In this document: positions 1-14,152 of the stretch, in pieces | Layout: the number at the start of each line of letters is the position of its first letter | Position numbering within the stretch: the first letter of the stretch is position 1 | Source: Marsupella aquatica | Taxonomy: Eukaryota > Plantae > Marchantiophyta | Reading direction: 5' to 3' | Length of the DNA stretch: 64,000 nucleotides | NCBI GenBank assembly: GCA_973895155.1 | Contig: OZ316897.1 | Coordinates: 7,554,470 to 7,618,469 of the forward strand | Translations under genes and position numbers: made by a program | Notes under the pieces: generated by a model | What the model was told of the DNA's origin: nothing | What the model saw: the letters and a program-made list of their open reading frames with translations, nothing else | The model's database searches: none

Positions 1-42
1 GCATCTACTCTTTCCCTTATCCCCTTTCTATGTCTTTCCCCA

Positions 43-746
43 ATTTCTCCAAAGAATAGTCTTACGTGAACTTTAGTAAGGTGAACCAATGGTTTGGGTG
101 AGAATCCGGGTGCCTCGCCGGTGCTATTTGGGTGCTATTTATTAAAATTTGTTTTTTGCAGTTAAATCAAGTGGCCCTTAAACAATTCATTGATGCTATT
201 TTGCCAAAAAACCTTTGTGGAAATATTCATGTTAGACTTGAGCATCTCGTTGGTGTTATTTTTGTGAAAGTTTTTTTCAGATGTGAGCACCTAGCTAGAG
301 CATTTCAGGCAATTTACACAATGTCACTTAAATGGTAATTTTTATTGTTTAGCTTAGTACACAATGCACTAATTGAATTCACAAGGCATCAATTGAATTC
401 ATAAAAATGAGCATTAGGATGCACATAGTAACAAATGTAAAAGCAGTTATATGACCTTAAAATTTGAGCTCAATGTTGGTGAAACAACCACAAAATTAGC
501 TATCAAAATCATATCACAATTCACGTCTCTATGTTTACTCAAAGTGACACAAAAGAAACTTTCACAAAAAGAACTTGGTGTGTTTAGGAAATACTCACGT
601 TGGACTCCTTTTTTTTGGCAAAATAGCATCAAAGAATTGTTTAAATCACACGTGATTTATTTGCAGAAAACAAATTTTTAAAAATAGTACCCAAAACCAT
701 TGACTCGCCTTACTAAAGTTCAGGTAAGACTATGCTTTGGAGAAAT
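43..746. mobile_element. MITE-like non-autonomous element with ~65-bp terminal inverted repeats
   Basis: ATTTCTCCAAAGAATAGTCTTACGTGAACTTTAGTAAGGTGAACCAATGGTTTGGGT (43-~108) is the near reverse complement of ACCCAAAACCATTGACTCGCCTTACTAAAGTTCAGGTAAGACTATGCTTTGGAGAAAT (~689-746). The interior is AT-rich and non-coding. No convincing TSD. Confidence 0.6.
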
Positions 747-2749
747 ACTTTCAGGTGTGAGTACTGCCAAAAACTTTGAGATGGAATACCTAAAGAGAGT
801 ACATATTAGGTACCTTAAAGTAGTACTTACCTTGCACAAGTATTTCAAAACATGAAAAAAATGAATATGGTAGTGATAAGGGCTAAATACTTTGTACATA
901 TGTTATCTATTTATTTTAAGCAAGTGTACACTTAAAATTGCTTCTAGAGAGTACATTTGGTGGACTGATGTAGATAATTGTAGGATTATGTTACAATTAA
1001 AAAATGCAGAAAAGACTCACACAGGTCATGAGAAAGGGTTGCAGGGACAAGGGGCCCCATTAAGTATATTTGAAAAGTGAGGGGCTAGTCATGATTATCT
1101 TCACCTAGAGGGGACCCATCAAGTATTTTGCTGGCACTTTTTGTGATCGTTTAGTTTCTGCCGTGAAATTCCTTTCTTTGTCTTTTCTCAACTCCATTTC
1201 TCAACCAAACCAGACTTTTTGACATCCTTTGATTCATGCCAGAAAGTTTTGTCTGTAGGGTTGTAGTTATTTTAGTCATTTTTGCAGTTGTTTGGACTTC
1301 TTATTTTGGCTCTTTAATCTTACAGAGGTTAGGCTAATGTTTTCACCCCATTATTGAGTCACTTGCCTTTGGTATCCTGTTTCCTGGTTTGACATTTTTT
1401 GTTCTTTGGAAATGTCACATATACATTCTCCTTCAACCAGATAGTTCTTTTCTGGAATCTGAGATAATTTTGTTCCTACAAAAGAGACCTCAATGCAACC
1501 ACACTCAATGCTGAGAGGAATTCCTGCCTGAAAAAAAAATTGTAGGGAGGGTTTAGTTCTTCTTGCAATTGGTGACTACTCTCGCCTTATTTGGCTCTTT
1601 GGTCTTGGGTTTTATTTCCATGTTTCAAACTTTCAAAAAATACAGTCAGAAAAATCTGACTAATGATCAGAGAGCGGGCCAGAGAACCCATTATTTAAAA
1701 TAGAAATAAAGGGGTTACCAAAAAGGGCGAGGTTTTAAGGGCTGCCCAATTAAGCATGGGATGGGCAGGGGCAGCCAGGGGACCCAAAAAAGCTGGCCTG
1801 AAAAAAGTGGGACACAAAAACGAGGAGAGTCTTCCGGTGAGGTGTGGGGGAAAACCAAGATGCATTTAATGACAAAACAGGGACTCGTCTCCCTGAATAA
1901 AATAATTGACAAGAGTGGGGCGCACAAAGTGAGCAATGGACAATGGCACCAACAACAAGGTACAAGTTACACGCTCATAATGAACCTCAAGGTTGCCGTG
2001 CCCATGTACATAACTCCATTTTATAAATCACAACTAGATTCATTAAAACCAACTTTCTCTTTAGATGTATTAATTGTTATGGTGGCGGCTGTACAGTGAA
2101 CATTATGAGATTATTTCAAAATGGATACTTTTTTTACCATTAAAAGGTTGTATAGCTACGTACTTGAATGTAATGGCCACATAGTCTACAAAGATAATAA
2201 TTCATGAATTTTTTAGCAAATTTCCAAATCGCCCCGGCAGAAACATTGTTTACCTAACGTCTAAAGAATGGACACTCACAAAACTAGAGACTCAAAAATG
2301 GTCACTAAGAATCCTTTCACAAACTCCACACTTTGCAAATTAAGGAGGGACTTCCACACCAAATCGAGCGGCACCTTTGTGTACGACATGCTCCCTCACC
2401 AAATTTAGGGTGCCCATTAGGCACACGGGGGCTATCATGATTGCTGGTGGGGAAGATGAAGGGAAGACTTTGCAAAAGAGGGGCTTCTTTTGTCAAATTG
2501 AGGGCTGCCCTTAGCTAGACTTTCAGACTTACACAAAATAGGTAAAGCGGCCTATATAGATCGAGAGAGCACAGTCCACAGTACTTGCCAGGGACGACCT
2601 TTCCAATCCAAACAGTATCACTTTTGTGCATACTTGATCTTCTTTGCTTCTTTGCTTCTCTTGAACTACTTGCGGAACTACTTGTCGATCAAGTTTGTCA
2701 ACATCTTTTGAGCATTCTTTGAATTCACTCTGTCTATCGGATTTAGCAA

Positions 2750-5700
2750 GTGATCACAAGCTACAATTCTATGCAAAATATGGATGAGCCCGCAGAGTCT
2801 AGCTATTTACAGCAAAGGAACCTCGTGCCAGGATATGGTAGAACTCTGAGGACCCCTACATCTCAAGTATCGGGTGCAGAGCATTCTCATTTGCAAGCCA
2901 ATGATTCATTATCACCTCCAATCCTTCCATTTCCATTCTCATATCATCAGTCTGGATACCGGTTTGATGGAGAATCTAGAGGTGGGTTGAATTCACAAAG
3001 ACGACCACCAATGGTTGCAAGACCTGCGCCGGTGATCAGGAATAGATCACGTTATGACAAAGAGGTGGAGCGTGCTATACATGTCCCTCTCTTGATCTAT
3101 GAGGCAGAACAAGTTGACACTGGACATCAAAGTTGTTGCATGAAGAAAGTGGCAAAATTGAGGCCAGATCCAATTCGCATTCGACTACCTGGATCTACAC
3201 CTTGGGGTGGGGCCTATGATGGACGTCCATTTCCAGAGGGATCAGCGCAATTACACATTGCAAAAGTGGTGGCATCCCAAGAATGGTCAGACAGACGTTT
3301 TGCAAACGTACCTGGTTGTTTTCTTACAAAGACACATGCAGGGCAACACAAAGATACAATGGACACGCTCGGTTGTGCATCATTAGATCCATTTTTCCAA
3401 TCTGCAACTACAGAATGGAGGGACTTCCCACGAAATGCACGAGTGGTCTACATCCAGGATCCTACTCACCAGATGACCCCACAACAAATTAGCCACTACC
3501 ATGTGGAAGCAGCGGCTAATACAGGGGCAACTAAGATTGTGCCTTCACAAGGAGGCCGCAGATCTACTCGACAAGCAAATGGGCAAACAAATCAACGTAC
3601 TGTTGCAAAAGGTAAGAAAGTTGCAAACCTCTCATGTATTGTTTGAGTACAGCCCGATATACAGTAGATTGGTTGAAATTTGACAATATAAGGTGCATCT
3701 TGTCATTCAGATGATGCTTTGGAAACAGAGCATGAGCCAATTCAACGTGAGTCAGAACCTCTGGAAAGTCCATCACAATCTTGGAACTCTGATACACGAG
3801 CAGAGAGCTCAAACTGCTGTATTTCAACATCTCAATTGGAAACGTTGGATGGCACCTCAAACTGGTTGGATGGGAGGTCCAACTTGGCAGACTCAACAGA
3901 ATTACTAACAGGTATATTGCTCACTCTATATCTAGTATACAATGTAACATACTCTATATATTATCATTTTGTCAAGCCCGGCCAAGAAGTCTCAAACTAA
4001 ACAGTACTTACGCCATTGTTTGATCGATCAATAGAGTGGCCTCACTCACCAAGAAGACGGTTGGATTCGACCTCACTACCAACAAATGTGGGAAACCGTT
4101 CCAATCGGGTTCTTCAACTCCAACACACTTGCAACTTCTCGTCACCTTCCAGTATTTCAAGTGAGTTCTTAAGATGCCCAACACTTGTTAGTTGCCCTCA
4201 GTGATAAATCACAGTTGATCTTGATTTGAGACTTCACGGAGAATACTATGAGGGCGGCCCTATCTACTAGAAAGGGCCCGTGCTGTAGACTGTAAGAGAC
4301 TTTCTCCTTTGGTATTGTTTGAGCTAAGCCCGGAGCTAAGTTTTGGTGATCATGAGATCCATAGGTACACCATCGACTTTACCATTACAAATCCATTTAC
4401 AACAACCACCACCAGTTGGCCGCGAGGTGGGGCAAGCTAGAAATGGACAACCTTTTCCGCTGATCCAAGAATCTTCAAGGCGCCAAAATGAAGTGCGCGA
4501 TGGTGACTCTGTACAACATCCCTTTGTATTGGAACCCGACAATCTGAGTCCAAGGCTAGAGGCATCACATAGAGGTATTATTAGCCTTGATCAATGAACG
4601 TGCCTAAATATGCGCCTATCGGGCTGTCTTGTATGTGCATCTTCCCTTCGTAATGCGGCCCTTCAGAATGTGAGACTTTTGCAAAGATTGAGATTTGCTA
4701 TAACAACTCAATCGTACCCTCTGATATGTGTTGAAAGCACCAAGGAGCCCGTGTCCCTGCTCTGTCGTTACCTGTTGCATAGTATACAAGGAACTATGTA
4801 GGGGATTCTCGAGGGGATAGAGGCTGTGAGGAATTTACTATTTGCAAATTGGCAATGCGCAATCCTGTGACCCTGGAAAGTGCCGCTTGATACACTTAGC
4901 CAAATGTAAAGGACATTCATGGCTGCATGCCAAAACTAAGCTGCCTAGAGAGACTTCTGATTTTGGCAACCAACGTGTTTGGCCTTTCTCGTCAAACTTC
5001 CAAATTTGGTGGTACCCAAACAATCTTTTGACAGCTTGTTGCAATTCTTCATGGCAAATGTCATCTAGGCCACCTAATGTAAATGTACTCACACTTGTAT
5101 TTGGGGTATAACTTTGAACAGGTCCACGGTACACCCCGGGTGGGGGACCACAACATTTTGTCGTTGAACCAATTGGTGAATTGGAAGACAATGCCATAGA
5201 TTGGGGGAATGAAACAACCGCCTTGTTGGAAGCCTATTGTACAGCAAGAGAACGACTCTCGGAATTTGATAGAGGCATAATTTTGACTGTGGATTTATCA
5301 ACGGATGAAGCAGAGGAGATGTTTTGGCAAAGCTTTGATGCTGTCTTACAAGAGGAACGCAGTAAAACAGGTGGGAATGCTGGCCACCACATTGAATTCC
5401 TCCAACATCGAAGAGATGCTAAACTTGGACTAACACAGGCAATGCTTGAGGATGAAGTTGCACCTATGCTGGATACGTTAGAAAGCTTGAGTACATATAC
5501 CAAGTTTGATTTTGAGAAGTATTTTGGTGGAGGAGCAATTCCAAGATGGCAAATTTGGGAACAACTACAAAAACTCACAAAAGAGCTTGATCCCAAATTT
5601 GTTCGGGTTAATTTGGAGACATCATTGCAGATTTTCAGGTACAGACTACCTTCTCTATTATTGATCATCCAGATGTTCAATTGCTTTTATGTCCATACTT

Positions 5701-8574
5701 ATGATCATTTGGCTGGCCTGTCTGATCTAGTACTTCTGTTTGTCATCATCATCGATCATTGGGGTGTTGGTTCATGAACTTAATTTTAAGTTCTATAATT
5801 AACTTTGATTTCTTTCATTCATCATGTCTTAATTCTAGATATCAACTGTTAAATTTTCTTGCATCCTAAATTTATGATCATAAAAGTAGGTTTTCTGAAA
5901 TTATGATTTTCTGGCATTCATGGTGGATTTTCTGGCCTTTCTGTTTCCCTGCCTAAGTCATCAGCTTGTTCAAATGCTTCTTTGTCATTGGTTTTGCAAG
6001 CTTTTAAATATTTGTAATGGATTTTTGTGACCTTTTGGTTTCAATATCAGCTTATTCAAATGTTTGCTTGCTATTGCTTCTGATATAAAGCTTAATTTCT
6101 GTAGTGTATTTTTGTGACCTTTTGGTTTCTGTCTATCCATCGGCTTATTCCCATGTTTGTCTGCTATTGCTTTTGAAAGTTTTATTTTTGTGGTATGCAT
6201 TATTTTTAAGTTGTTCACGGGGATTCTCCTTAATGTTGAACTTTTGATTTCCTCATCAACTTATTATGTAACTTGCTACTCATTCTGAATGCTTTTCCTC
6301 CTAAGTATATTTTATTAATTATCAAAAGCTTCATCTCATCTCCATTGGATTCTCTTGCTATCAATCAGGCTACCAATTTGAAAGTTTACTTTGCAATCAT
6401 TCAACTTAAGCAGGGTCCATTCAGAGATTTGTTGATATGTAAGGATTCAGAGTCGGATTGCTAATGACAGGGATTGCCCAAACTCATTTGCCAAGGGAAG
6501 ATTTTCAGAAGCCCAGATCATCTCACTCCGAGAAGAATATATTGACTGGATTGGAAAATGCCCTTCATCACCACTGCAAATAAACCGTGATGATTTGTAC
6601 ATAAAGGCCAAAAAAGAGACAGAAATTACAAAGCATTTGTTGAGAGTCCATCAGATCTCTGACAATGGACTGTTCCAATTTCGACGATTCCAACGGCAAG
6701 TACCACATATTCAAATTTAGGTAAGTCACAGTTTAGATACATTTTTCGTATTATAAATGGATAGACCTATATAGATTTACTTTTGTTGGTTTTGTTGACA
6801 GTGATATGGTTTTCACAAAGTAATGATGGATTGAGGTAAACTAATTGTACACTTTTGTCATGGTACATGTGTAGTTTTGCGATGGAGATGAATTGTCTGC
6901 AATTCGAAAGATGTGTCAAAATGCCATGAAGAAACAACAAATATTTGCTGACTTCTCAGCAAAACTGACCTATGTGACGCATGACGGTGAAGCGACATTG
7001 GATGAATCTGACACTGTGGATGCCGGTGGTGTCACAACTCGGTTTCTTACAGGGGCTTGGAAAACTTTATTCAGTGGTTCTTCAGTAAGTTGTCTCAGTG
7101 CAAATTTTTGAAGTTCATTAGCTCAATGATGGATTTATGACATTATTTTACTCAATGATTAAGTATGAAATTACATCTGTTCATGTCACATCATGACTCA
7201 ATTGCAGGAGTTCCATGAGGTTTTTAAGCAGGGTTCTTCCGGACTTCATCACCTTACATCTAAAAAACAATTTACAGAGATATCCAAAAAAGATGTGAGA
7301 CTCTAGCACCTATTTTTTTTATCGATGATCCCCTTCCATAATGATTTATAGCTCCCAGAATCACTTAATTACTATTACCAATTTGAAGTATGAGACTAGA
7401 AAAATTTTCATAGACAGAGTGCATTGTGCCGTCATGTTGAACAATATAAGTAACTTTTTCTGTGACTTGTTTTGTAGGTGCGTGTGGTTGGTCAACTCAT
7501 GTTTCTTCTTGTTTTAAAGAAACAACAAGTACATCGTCCAATGACAATGGCAACTATTGCTCATGCAATGGGCATTTGTCCGTCAAAGGATGAAATTCAC
7601 ATGCAAGTGTTGCAACAAAAGTCATCAATATATACAGAGGATTTTCGAGGATTTCGACCTACGTGGTACATAACATTCCCAATTTTTGATTGTTAGTATG
7701 TGATTTTGCATATTCTCTACTAACTTATTATTTTCTGTAGAACTCTAAACACTATTAATTTATAAATATGCCATCTATGAAAGGAAATGAGTTCATTCAT
7801 TGGCATGTTTGCAATCCGAGGAGAACACACTTTAGGTGGGTTATATACCTTCTTGATTTAGGTTTCTTTTGAGAAGATGAGGATAAATTGGAATCATTTG
7901 GGTTCAGCAAGCCTATGTGATAGTAGACTGACACAACACATATTATTGCAGGTACAATTTAATGCAATCCCTTATTACTGGTCCTCAAGACTCAAGGAGG
8001 AGTCTAGTTGAGAGCATGGAGGAGATAATGCCTGAGTATTATTGTAGGATTATAAGTCTGGACCCCAACATGTCAAATGAAGGATTTCAAATGGCAGTGA
8101 CATCACTATATGCAGACATGGTGTATGACACATTATTTGGGGCTTGTGCCACAGTCGGTGCATTACTTCAGGAGGGTTTTTATTCTTTGGTGAAAATTGT
8201 TCTACTTTCTCGCTTGATGAGTGAAATTGAAAAGAAGATTGTATTGGAAAGTACATTTAAAGACGTCACAGTGAAGGCAATGAGAGCATTTTTTACTGAG
8301 AGATTTCCCAACTACATTGAAGACTTTCTTTGAAGAAGCCGTGGGTCAATTTTCTCCTATTGAAACTTACAGATTATACAGGTTTATCACTGATGAGAAG
8401 TACGTTGGCAGTACAATATGTCATATTGAGTTTAGTGCGCAACGCTCTGCAGTCTCTCTGCCAATTGCATCTACTTGTTCCAAGCATCTGTACATTCCTC
8501 CATATCCTAATGCAGATGTCATGCATGCAAAGTTGGTACTTGCAAGTTTCAACACTGCATATGGCAAAGCATAG
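2750..8574 (+). pseudogene. Multi-exon HECT-domain E3 ubiquitin ligase-like pseudogene with an unrecognised N-terminus
   Basis: GT-AG bounded exons (~5181-5638, 6414-6720, 6875-7084, 7209-7294, 7478-7662, ~7741-7835, ~7952-8574) give HECT motifs in order: DAGGVTTRFLTGAWKTLF (N-lobe DxGG), VRVVGQLMFLLV, LQEGFYSLV, FSPIETYRLYRFIT, and LPIASTCSKHLYIPPY...AYGKA* (catalytic Cys, aromatic residue at -4). Disrupted by C>T-type stops and a frameshift near 8330. Linking the 2750-5170 ORFs to the same gene is an inference. Confidence 0.75.
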
Positions 8575-9977
8575 GGACGATTAAGCTTCTACAATATTCA
8601 AGGTTTGTTTTCTAATCCTAAAGTTTGAGTCATACAATTGCGCACTTGTTGATGAGTGCCTTGTCTTCTTGTACTCAAGATTCTCAACAAGTAAGTGGGC
8701 CTGTACATGCAACTTCATAGTGACATTTTTTTTTGCATAATTTGTTCAACTGCAATTGTGGATGCAGGTGGACTCCAAAGTGGTGGACATTGGGGAAGAA
8801 ATGATGTACTGGTATAATTGCCTGAGAAAAGCCTTGCACATTTTGGTCAACATTTTATTCATCCCATGAAGGCTATTGGTAGATTTTAAGGGCAATCTGG
8901 AAATGATATATCAAACTTTCGATGTGGGAAGATAAAGTCAGATAGATTGATTTGAATTTAGTCTTCATTGTCTAAGATATGAGATGCAAATTTTTTGGGA
9001 TAGAAGCATGCATGGTCAGGCAAAAATTCCATGCTCGATCAAGCATTTTTAGGATCCAGGAATAGGAAAAGCGGAGGAGACATGACTCAAATAAAGGAAA
9101 TGGATACTTGCATGCTAGTTTGTGAGGATGATCACGTGGTAACTTCATGTACACTTTGGATCTGGAGTAAGTTGGAGAGCTTCCATTTTGAACTTAGGTG
9201 GAAATGGAATGCTAAGTACTAGTAAAACTAGTAATTACAGTTATATCACTATTTCCATCGTAAGTTTGAGAAGTACATGGATGGTGATATAGTCCCAATT
9301 AGCCTCTATGTTTCTTCAATTTGGCTATGTTTGTGTTGTGTTATGGAGGTGCCATGAGGGTACTTAGTGGTTAGAGATGAATTTAGTTACTTGTTGGACT
9401 TTTGCCCTTGGGTGAGAGGATTACAGTAGCTCGGCTAAGTTGATGACTTGTTGAATTTTGTGGAGCATTGGGCCATTAGGTGGACTCTCGGGTGGACTGT
9501 GTGTTATGATAGCCTGTTGGCTTCTTGTTTTTGGGCATTGCACTGTCCGGTTGTTGCCTCATTCTGCCACAAAGGCTTTCATATCAACAAAAAATCTTCA
9601 CTACCTCATTTTGGATGAGGAACTAAGTGTCCTGAATTTTGAAAAGCATATATACTTGCAGAAGCCGTCTGAATAAGTTGCGGATACCATTGCCAATGCA
9701 AGAACGAGCAATTCATATTGACCCTTGTTCTATGCCTCCCTATGAAGAGGGCAATTGTGCCCACTATATATGTGACCAAAAGAGAGTATTTAAGGTAGCA
9801 ATTTTGCTATTATTCTCATTACGATGGTGAGTTGCACGCTCTCAACTTTTGTGTTAGACAAACATTCTTAACTATAGTCTCCTGATCACCACAATGAATA
9901 GTAAAATTTGGTGATTATTCCTAAAGTGAGTTGTTAAAGTATGAAATACTATAAACATTTAAATTTCTAGAATTTAT

Positions 9978-10858
9978 AAGGTCCTCTTAAGTGGTATCAA
10001 GCTATCCCCAAGATTGAATAGCGTCTCTTCCATGACAACCTTAGACATAAAGACGGCAGTTACAAGGTGGCCGACCCAGATACAAGTGACATCCCTTTTA
10101 ATGACGTCCAGCCATTGACCCTAAGACAAAATCCCCCACGCCAGCTCCAATAGAGCCCTCCTCCTCAGCAGATCCATCTATCCCTATTCTCGTCACCCCA
10201 GAACTGGATCTATCTGCCCCCACCCCCACCCATATAGAGGGAGACCCTTGCCCGAACCCTAGTAGGCATGACCTGGTGAACCCAAGAAACTTTGGTCCAG
10301 GTACATATTTGAATGGGTTGCTCGACAACTTCTCTGTGGAAGCCGGTCAAGATATGGGGGTGTTTATGGCCCGCAAGGTGGCTTACTTCTTCTCGGATGC
10401 TACCTCTACCAGGTTTCCATTGCACGTCATCCTCAAAGATGTTGCTGTTCAAGTTCATGCTAGCCTTCAGCGGACTCACAGTGTGCAGAAGGCCAGACGG
10501 TTACATCAAACCCTTCTTGAACTCATTGAACTGACTGCTAGGGCTTCTAATGGCACTAGTCCTGCATAGCGTAGGTCTTTGCTGTTGGAACCCTGCTCAT
10601 TCGAGTGTGGAGGCCCTCCCTTGCCTGCGGGCAGTGCCTTGTTTGTCTGTTGTCAGTGTAACTTAGTTTTTTTGCTTTCTCCCCCCTTGGCGCTTCTTTA
10701 GGAGGTGACCTTGTGTTCTGTTGGGGTGGTTTTTGGCATTTAGTGGTCGTTTGGGGTGTGTGTGGGCCCTTTGTGTGGTTTGTTGTCTCCCTTGCTGGTT
10801 TTTGTCAGGGTGGCTTCTCTAATAAACACGTATTATCTCAAAGAAAAAAAACAAGTAA
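9978..10858 (+). mobile_element. 5'-truncated LINE (L1-like) 3' fragment
   Basis: ORF remnant ending at 10569, GT-rich 3' UTR, AATAAA near 10821 and A-rich tail near 10840-10851. Candidate TSD CTAGAATTTAT (9967-9977) / CTAGAAATTAT (10859-10869). Confidence 0.45.
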
Positions 10859-11339
10859 CTAGAAATTATTTAAACAATAAAAATTATCAATGGGTCCTTT
10901 CGAGAAATACCCAAAATGTTTGGGTTCACTTTTGAGAAAGATGCATGATATATTGAGCAACTGAGAATAGACTAAGTTTATACTGTCTAGGAAAAAAGAA
11001 AGTATATTGCAAACATTAGCACATACACCATTGCGGCCTTATTAGTTCTGCTGATGCTTCACAAGCCTGTATTTCAATTTTGCAAGCCACAGAATGGTCA
11101 TCATTGTAGTAAAGACTTTACAAAGCCATAACAAAGCACATAAATCATACCACCTTTTACTGGATTCCATGCAAATAGCTAGGTATCATCATTTTGGACA
11201 TAATAGCAACACTAATGCTGTGCTGGTTCATTTTGAGTGGTGAATCCTCAAAAGCCCAAGTGGGCAAGTTGCGCCTTCTCTTCTGGTTAGGACAGATCCA
11301 ATTCTCAGTTTGTTTCATCCAATTGAGGCATGATCTTAA

Positions 11340-11881
11340 CTGTGTGAGTACAATACTCAGCAATTAAAAACAGAGCTCTTTGCATATCATCCAGTACCCC
11401 ATAGTTCCCCAAATATTATAGAGTATACAAGACTAATTCTGTAGATTATCAAATTGTACCCAAAATGCCCCATAACACACTTAGAGTACTCCAAAGTACT
11501 ATAGATTATGAAAGGGTAGCCAAAATGTCTCTGAATATCTAGAGGATGAATCTTTGAGTACCCCATATGTCATAAAATGACCCACATTACTCTGCTTTAC
11601 CAAAGGATAGCCAAAATGTCTCTGAATATGTAGAGTGTCTTAGAGTACCCCAAATATCATAAAATACCCCATAGTACTTTACATTACCAAAGGGTACTCA
11701 AAATGTCCCTTATATCATATATTGAGTGACCCATAGCACCCCACATATCATAGAGGGCTCCGTAGTACCCAGGAGTACTCCAAATATCATAGAGTACCTA
11801 AGAGTACTCTAGATTACCAAAGGGTACCCAAAATGTCACCAAAAATCATAGAGTACCCTATTACCCAAATACCCAGGGTAA
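11340..11881. repeat. Degenerate short-period array (GAGTACCC / GGGTACCC / CAAATATCATA motifs)
   Basis: Many copies of GAGTAC(C/T)C, ATATCATA and CCAAAATGTC, ending abruptly at TTACCC...GGGTAA. Resembles a DNA-transposon subterminal array. Confidence 0.7.
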
Positions 11882-12334
11882 GTCTGCAAACTGTCCATAA
11901 GCAAATGCTATCCAAAAATGTTTTTGGCATCTGGAATGAAGACTCATTGGTTAATGAAAGAAAAAACCCACCAAGAATTACAAAACATCACAAAACTTGA
12001 TGTGTTATACCAAGAGTTAACCTGTGTTGATAGATTACCCAATTACGTATTATTTAAGATTATACATATATACTTCTTTAATGTTGTACGCTACATACGT
12101 ATCATTCATAAGTTCACTTCTAACCGTTCACTTCTAACCACGGTATGTTGACAAAAATTCAGTAACTCTCATTGGCTCCATGTTTGCACGGGTGCTTATT
12201 TTCTTCCATCTTGGTTAAACCGTACCTCCAATAAAATTTGCACATCATGCATGTCAATCAAGCGTGTGTAAAAAACTTACGCACGCATCTCAAGTGTGTG
12301 TAAAAAATTACACATCTCAATCATTTGCGCCTCA

Positions 12335-13900
12335 TTAAATAAAAGTTTGCACCTCGTTCCAAAGTACTTCCAAATATTTGCACATATTTGAAGCGCTTGT
12401 GAAAACTTTGCGTCTGCCTCTTAAACTTGGCCGTTCAAAAACATTGTAACTTAGAAAGAAAATAAAAGCACACTCACATCCATTGTTGAGGCTTTTTATT
12501 TCCCATTCCTCTTCTACTTTTTTGAGGTAAGTTTTTTTTCCTAAAATATTAGGTGTAATTTTTTTCATCTCCTCGGTAATGTGAGAAATATAAATTTAGA
12601 AAAGTCCACAAATTTTTTTTTGTTATATGACAATTTTTATTTAAGTCTTGAATAATAAGATTTATTCAATAATGAACTAATGATATAAAATTTATTTAAC
12701 TCATAAATGAGGAAAATTGATATTTTAATCAGTCAAATCTGTTCAGATGTTATTTAAGAATTTTTGAAAAAATTAATTATGAACTATAAAAAAATTGGTC
12801 ACCCCTTCGTCATTGACCAATATTTTTCTTCTTTTTAACAATATATTTTTGTTTTTGAAGGAAAAACACTGTGCAACATTTGGTATTCCGTAGTCTAGAG
12901 AGATTGTACGCTCAGATCGTAGACTACTCTGACAGGAGCAACTCTCATTTGGTTGGATCAGTTTTTCCCAGCTTGTACCGCAAATTGGAAGTCCTACCAT
13001 GTGCCATCCATGTCCAACGCACTCATAATAACTGTTCTCAGATGAGGGGATGATTACAGGGATTTTGAGGTCGTGTAGAATTCTCAGTACGTCTAAAAGC
13101 TGAACTGGGGTCACCTCATATGTTCAGTTCCAAGTACTGCTAGATTAAGATGGAATTCTATAAATAATCAGACTTTGACATTTGAATATGAAAAGCATAT
13201 ACGAACTTAAGATAAAATGAAATGAAAGGCTTTTTGGCTTGCTGACTCTTGGGTCTCTGATTTCTCTTTGTCTTCCCCCTTTATTGTGTTTCTTGAATTT
13301 TCGGATACTCCTTTTGGCCTTGGGAATTTTATGTAAAAACTCTCTCTGTTCAGTAATTAAGACTCCTTTTGTTGGTTGAAGTATCACTCTGTTATAGTAT
13401 CATATAAAAACAACTGATGAACATAATAAAAAACAAACAACCCAAAAAACAAGACATGATGTCTTTACGGTGCCCACTGTTTTGTGGGAGACAAGAAAGA
13501 ATAGTTGCAGAGATAGATTTGGTGCCGCCGAGAAAGATTGCCATAGGAGGCACGGAGACCTACAACAACAGCTAGGGGGCGGGCATATTTGTGTTCTAGG
13601 ATGGCCCCGAAATCATTTATGTGGTACTACTCTTAAAACAGATCAATCTCGGGATTTGGATCACATGGGTGAACATCAATCACTAAAATAAAAAATAATA
13701 ATGGATCCCTCAAAATTTGCACATAGTCCAAACTGTTTTAAAATGTTAACAATCCCGTACACGTGCAGTAGATGTATTCCAATGTTTGTGGCACCTTTGG
13801 ATGGACTAAGAAGATAAACCCAATCTTCTTCAGTTCTGACAAGGTGGTTTTTGCCAAGTTTAGTGGACTAGTTTGCATTCCACCATCTTTGGGAGCTGTA
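12335..13900 (-). other. Degenerate minus-strand coding relics, possibly from a CMC/EnSpm- or Plavaka-like element
   Basis: ORFs 13145-13387 and 12773-13114 share a frame. Fragments HLLHVYGIVNILKQFGLCANF (~13710-13775), TEQREFLHK and AFIFFLSYNVFERP...NMCKYLE only loosely resemble such proteins. Confidence 0.25.
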
Positions 13901-14152
13901 GCAGCACGCTCAAATCAGCGGAGAGATATTCACTCGCATCGACTCCTCAACGGACACATCGACGAGAGCTCCAGCTTTGTTCCCGGCTGTGCCTGCACAT
14001 GCTCAACGGTTTTCTAGGCTAGCGGTGGTGCCGCTTCTCGGATTTTGACGCGGTGGGCTCTCTCCATAGCCTTCCCTTTCTTTTCACATGTCTTGGTTGG
14101 GCCTTTTGTCGCTTCTTGATGCGCTTTTGCTTTTATCGGGTTGCGACCTGTC

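Noticed and set aside
880-1130. Small MULE-type MITE (GGCTAAATAC...GTATTTTGC)
   Set aside because: The inverted match is too short and there is no TSD.
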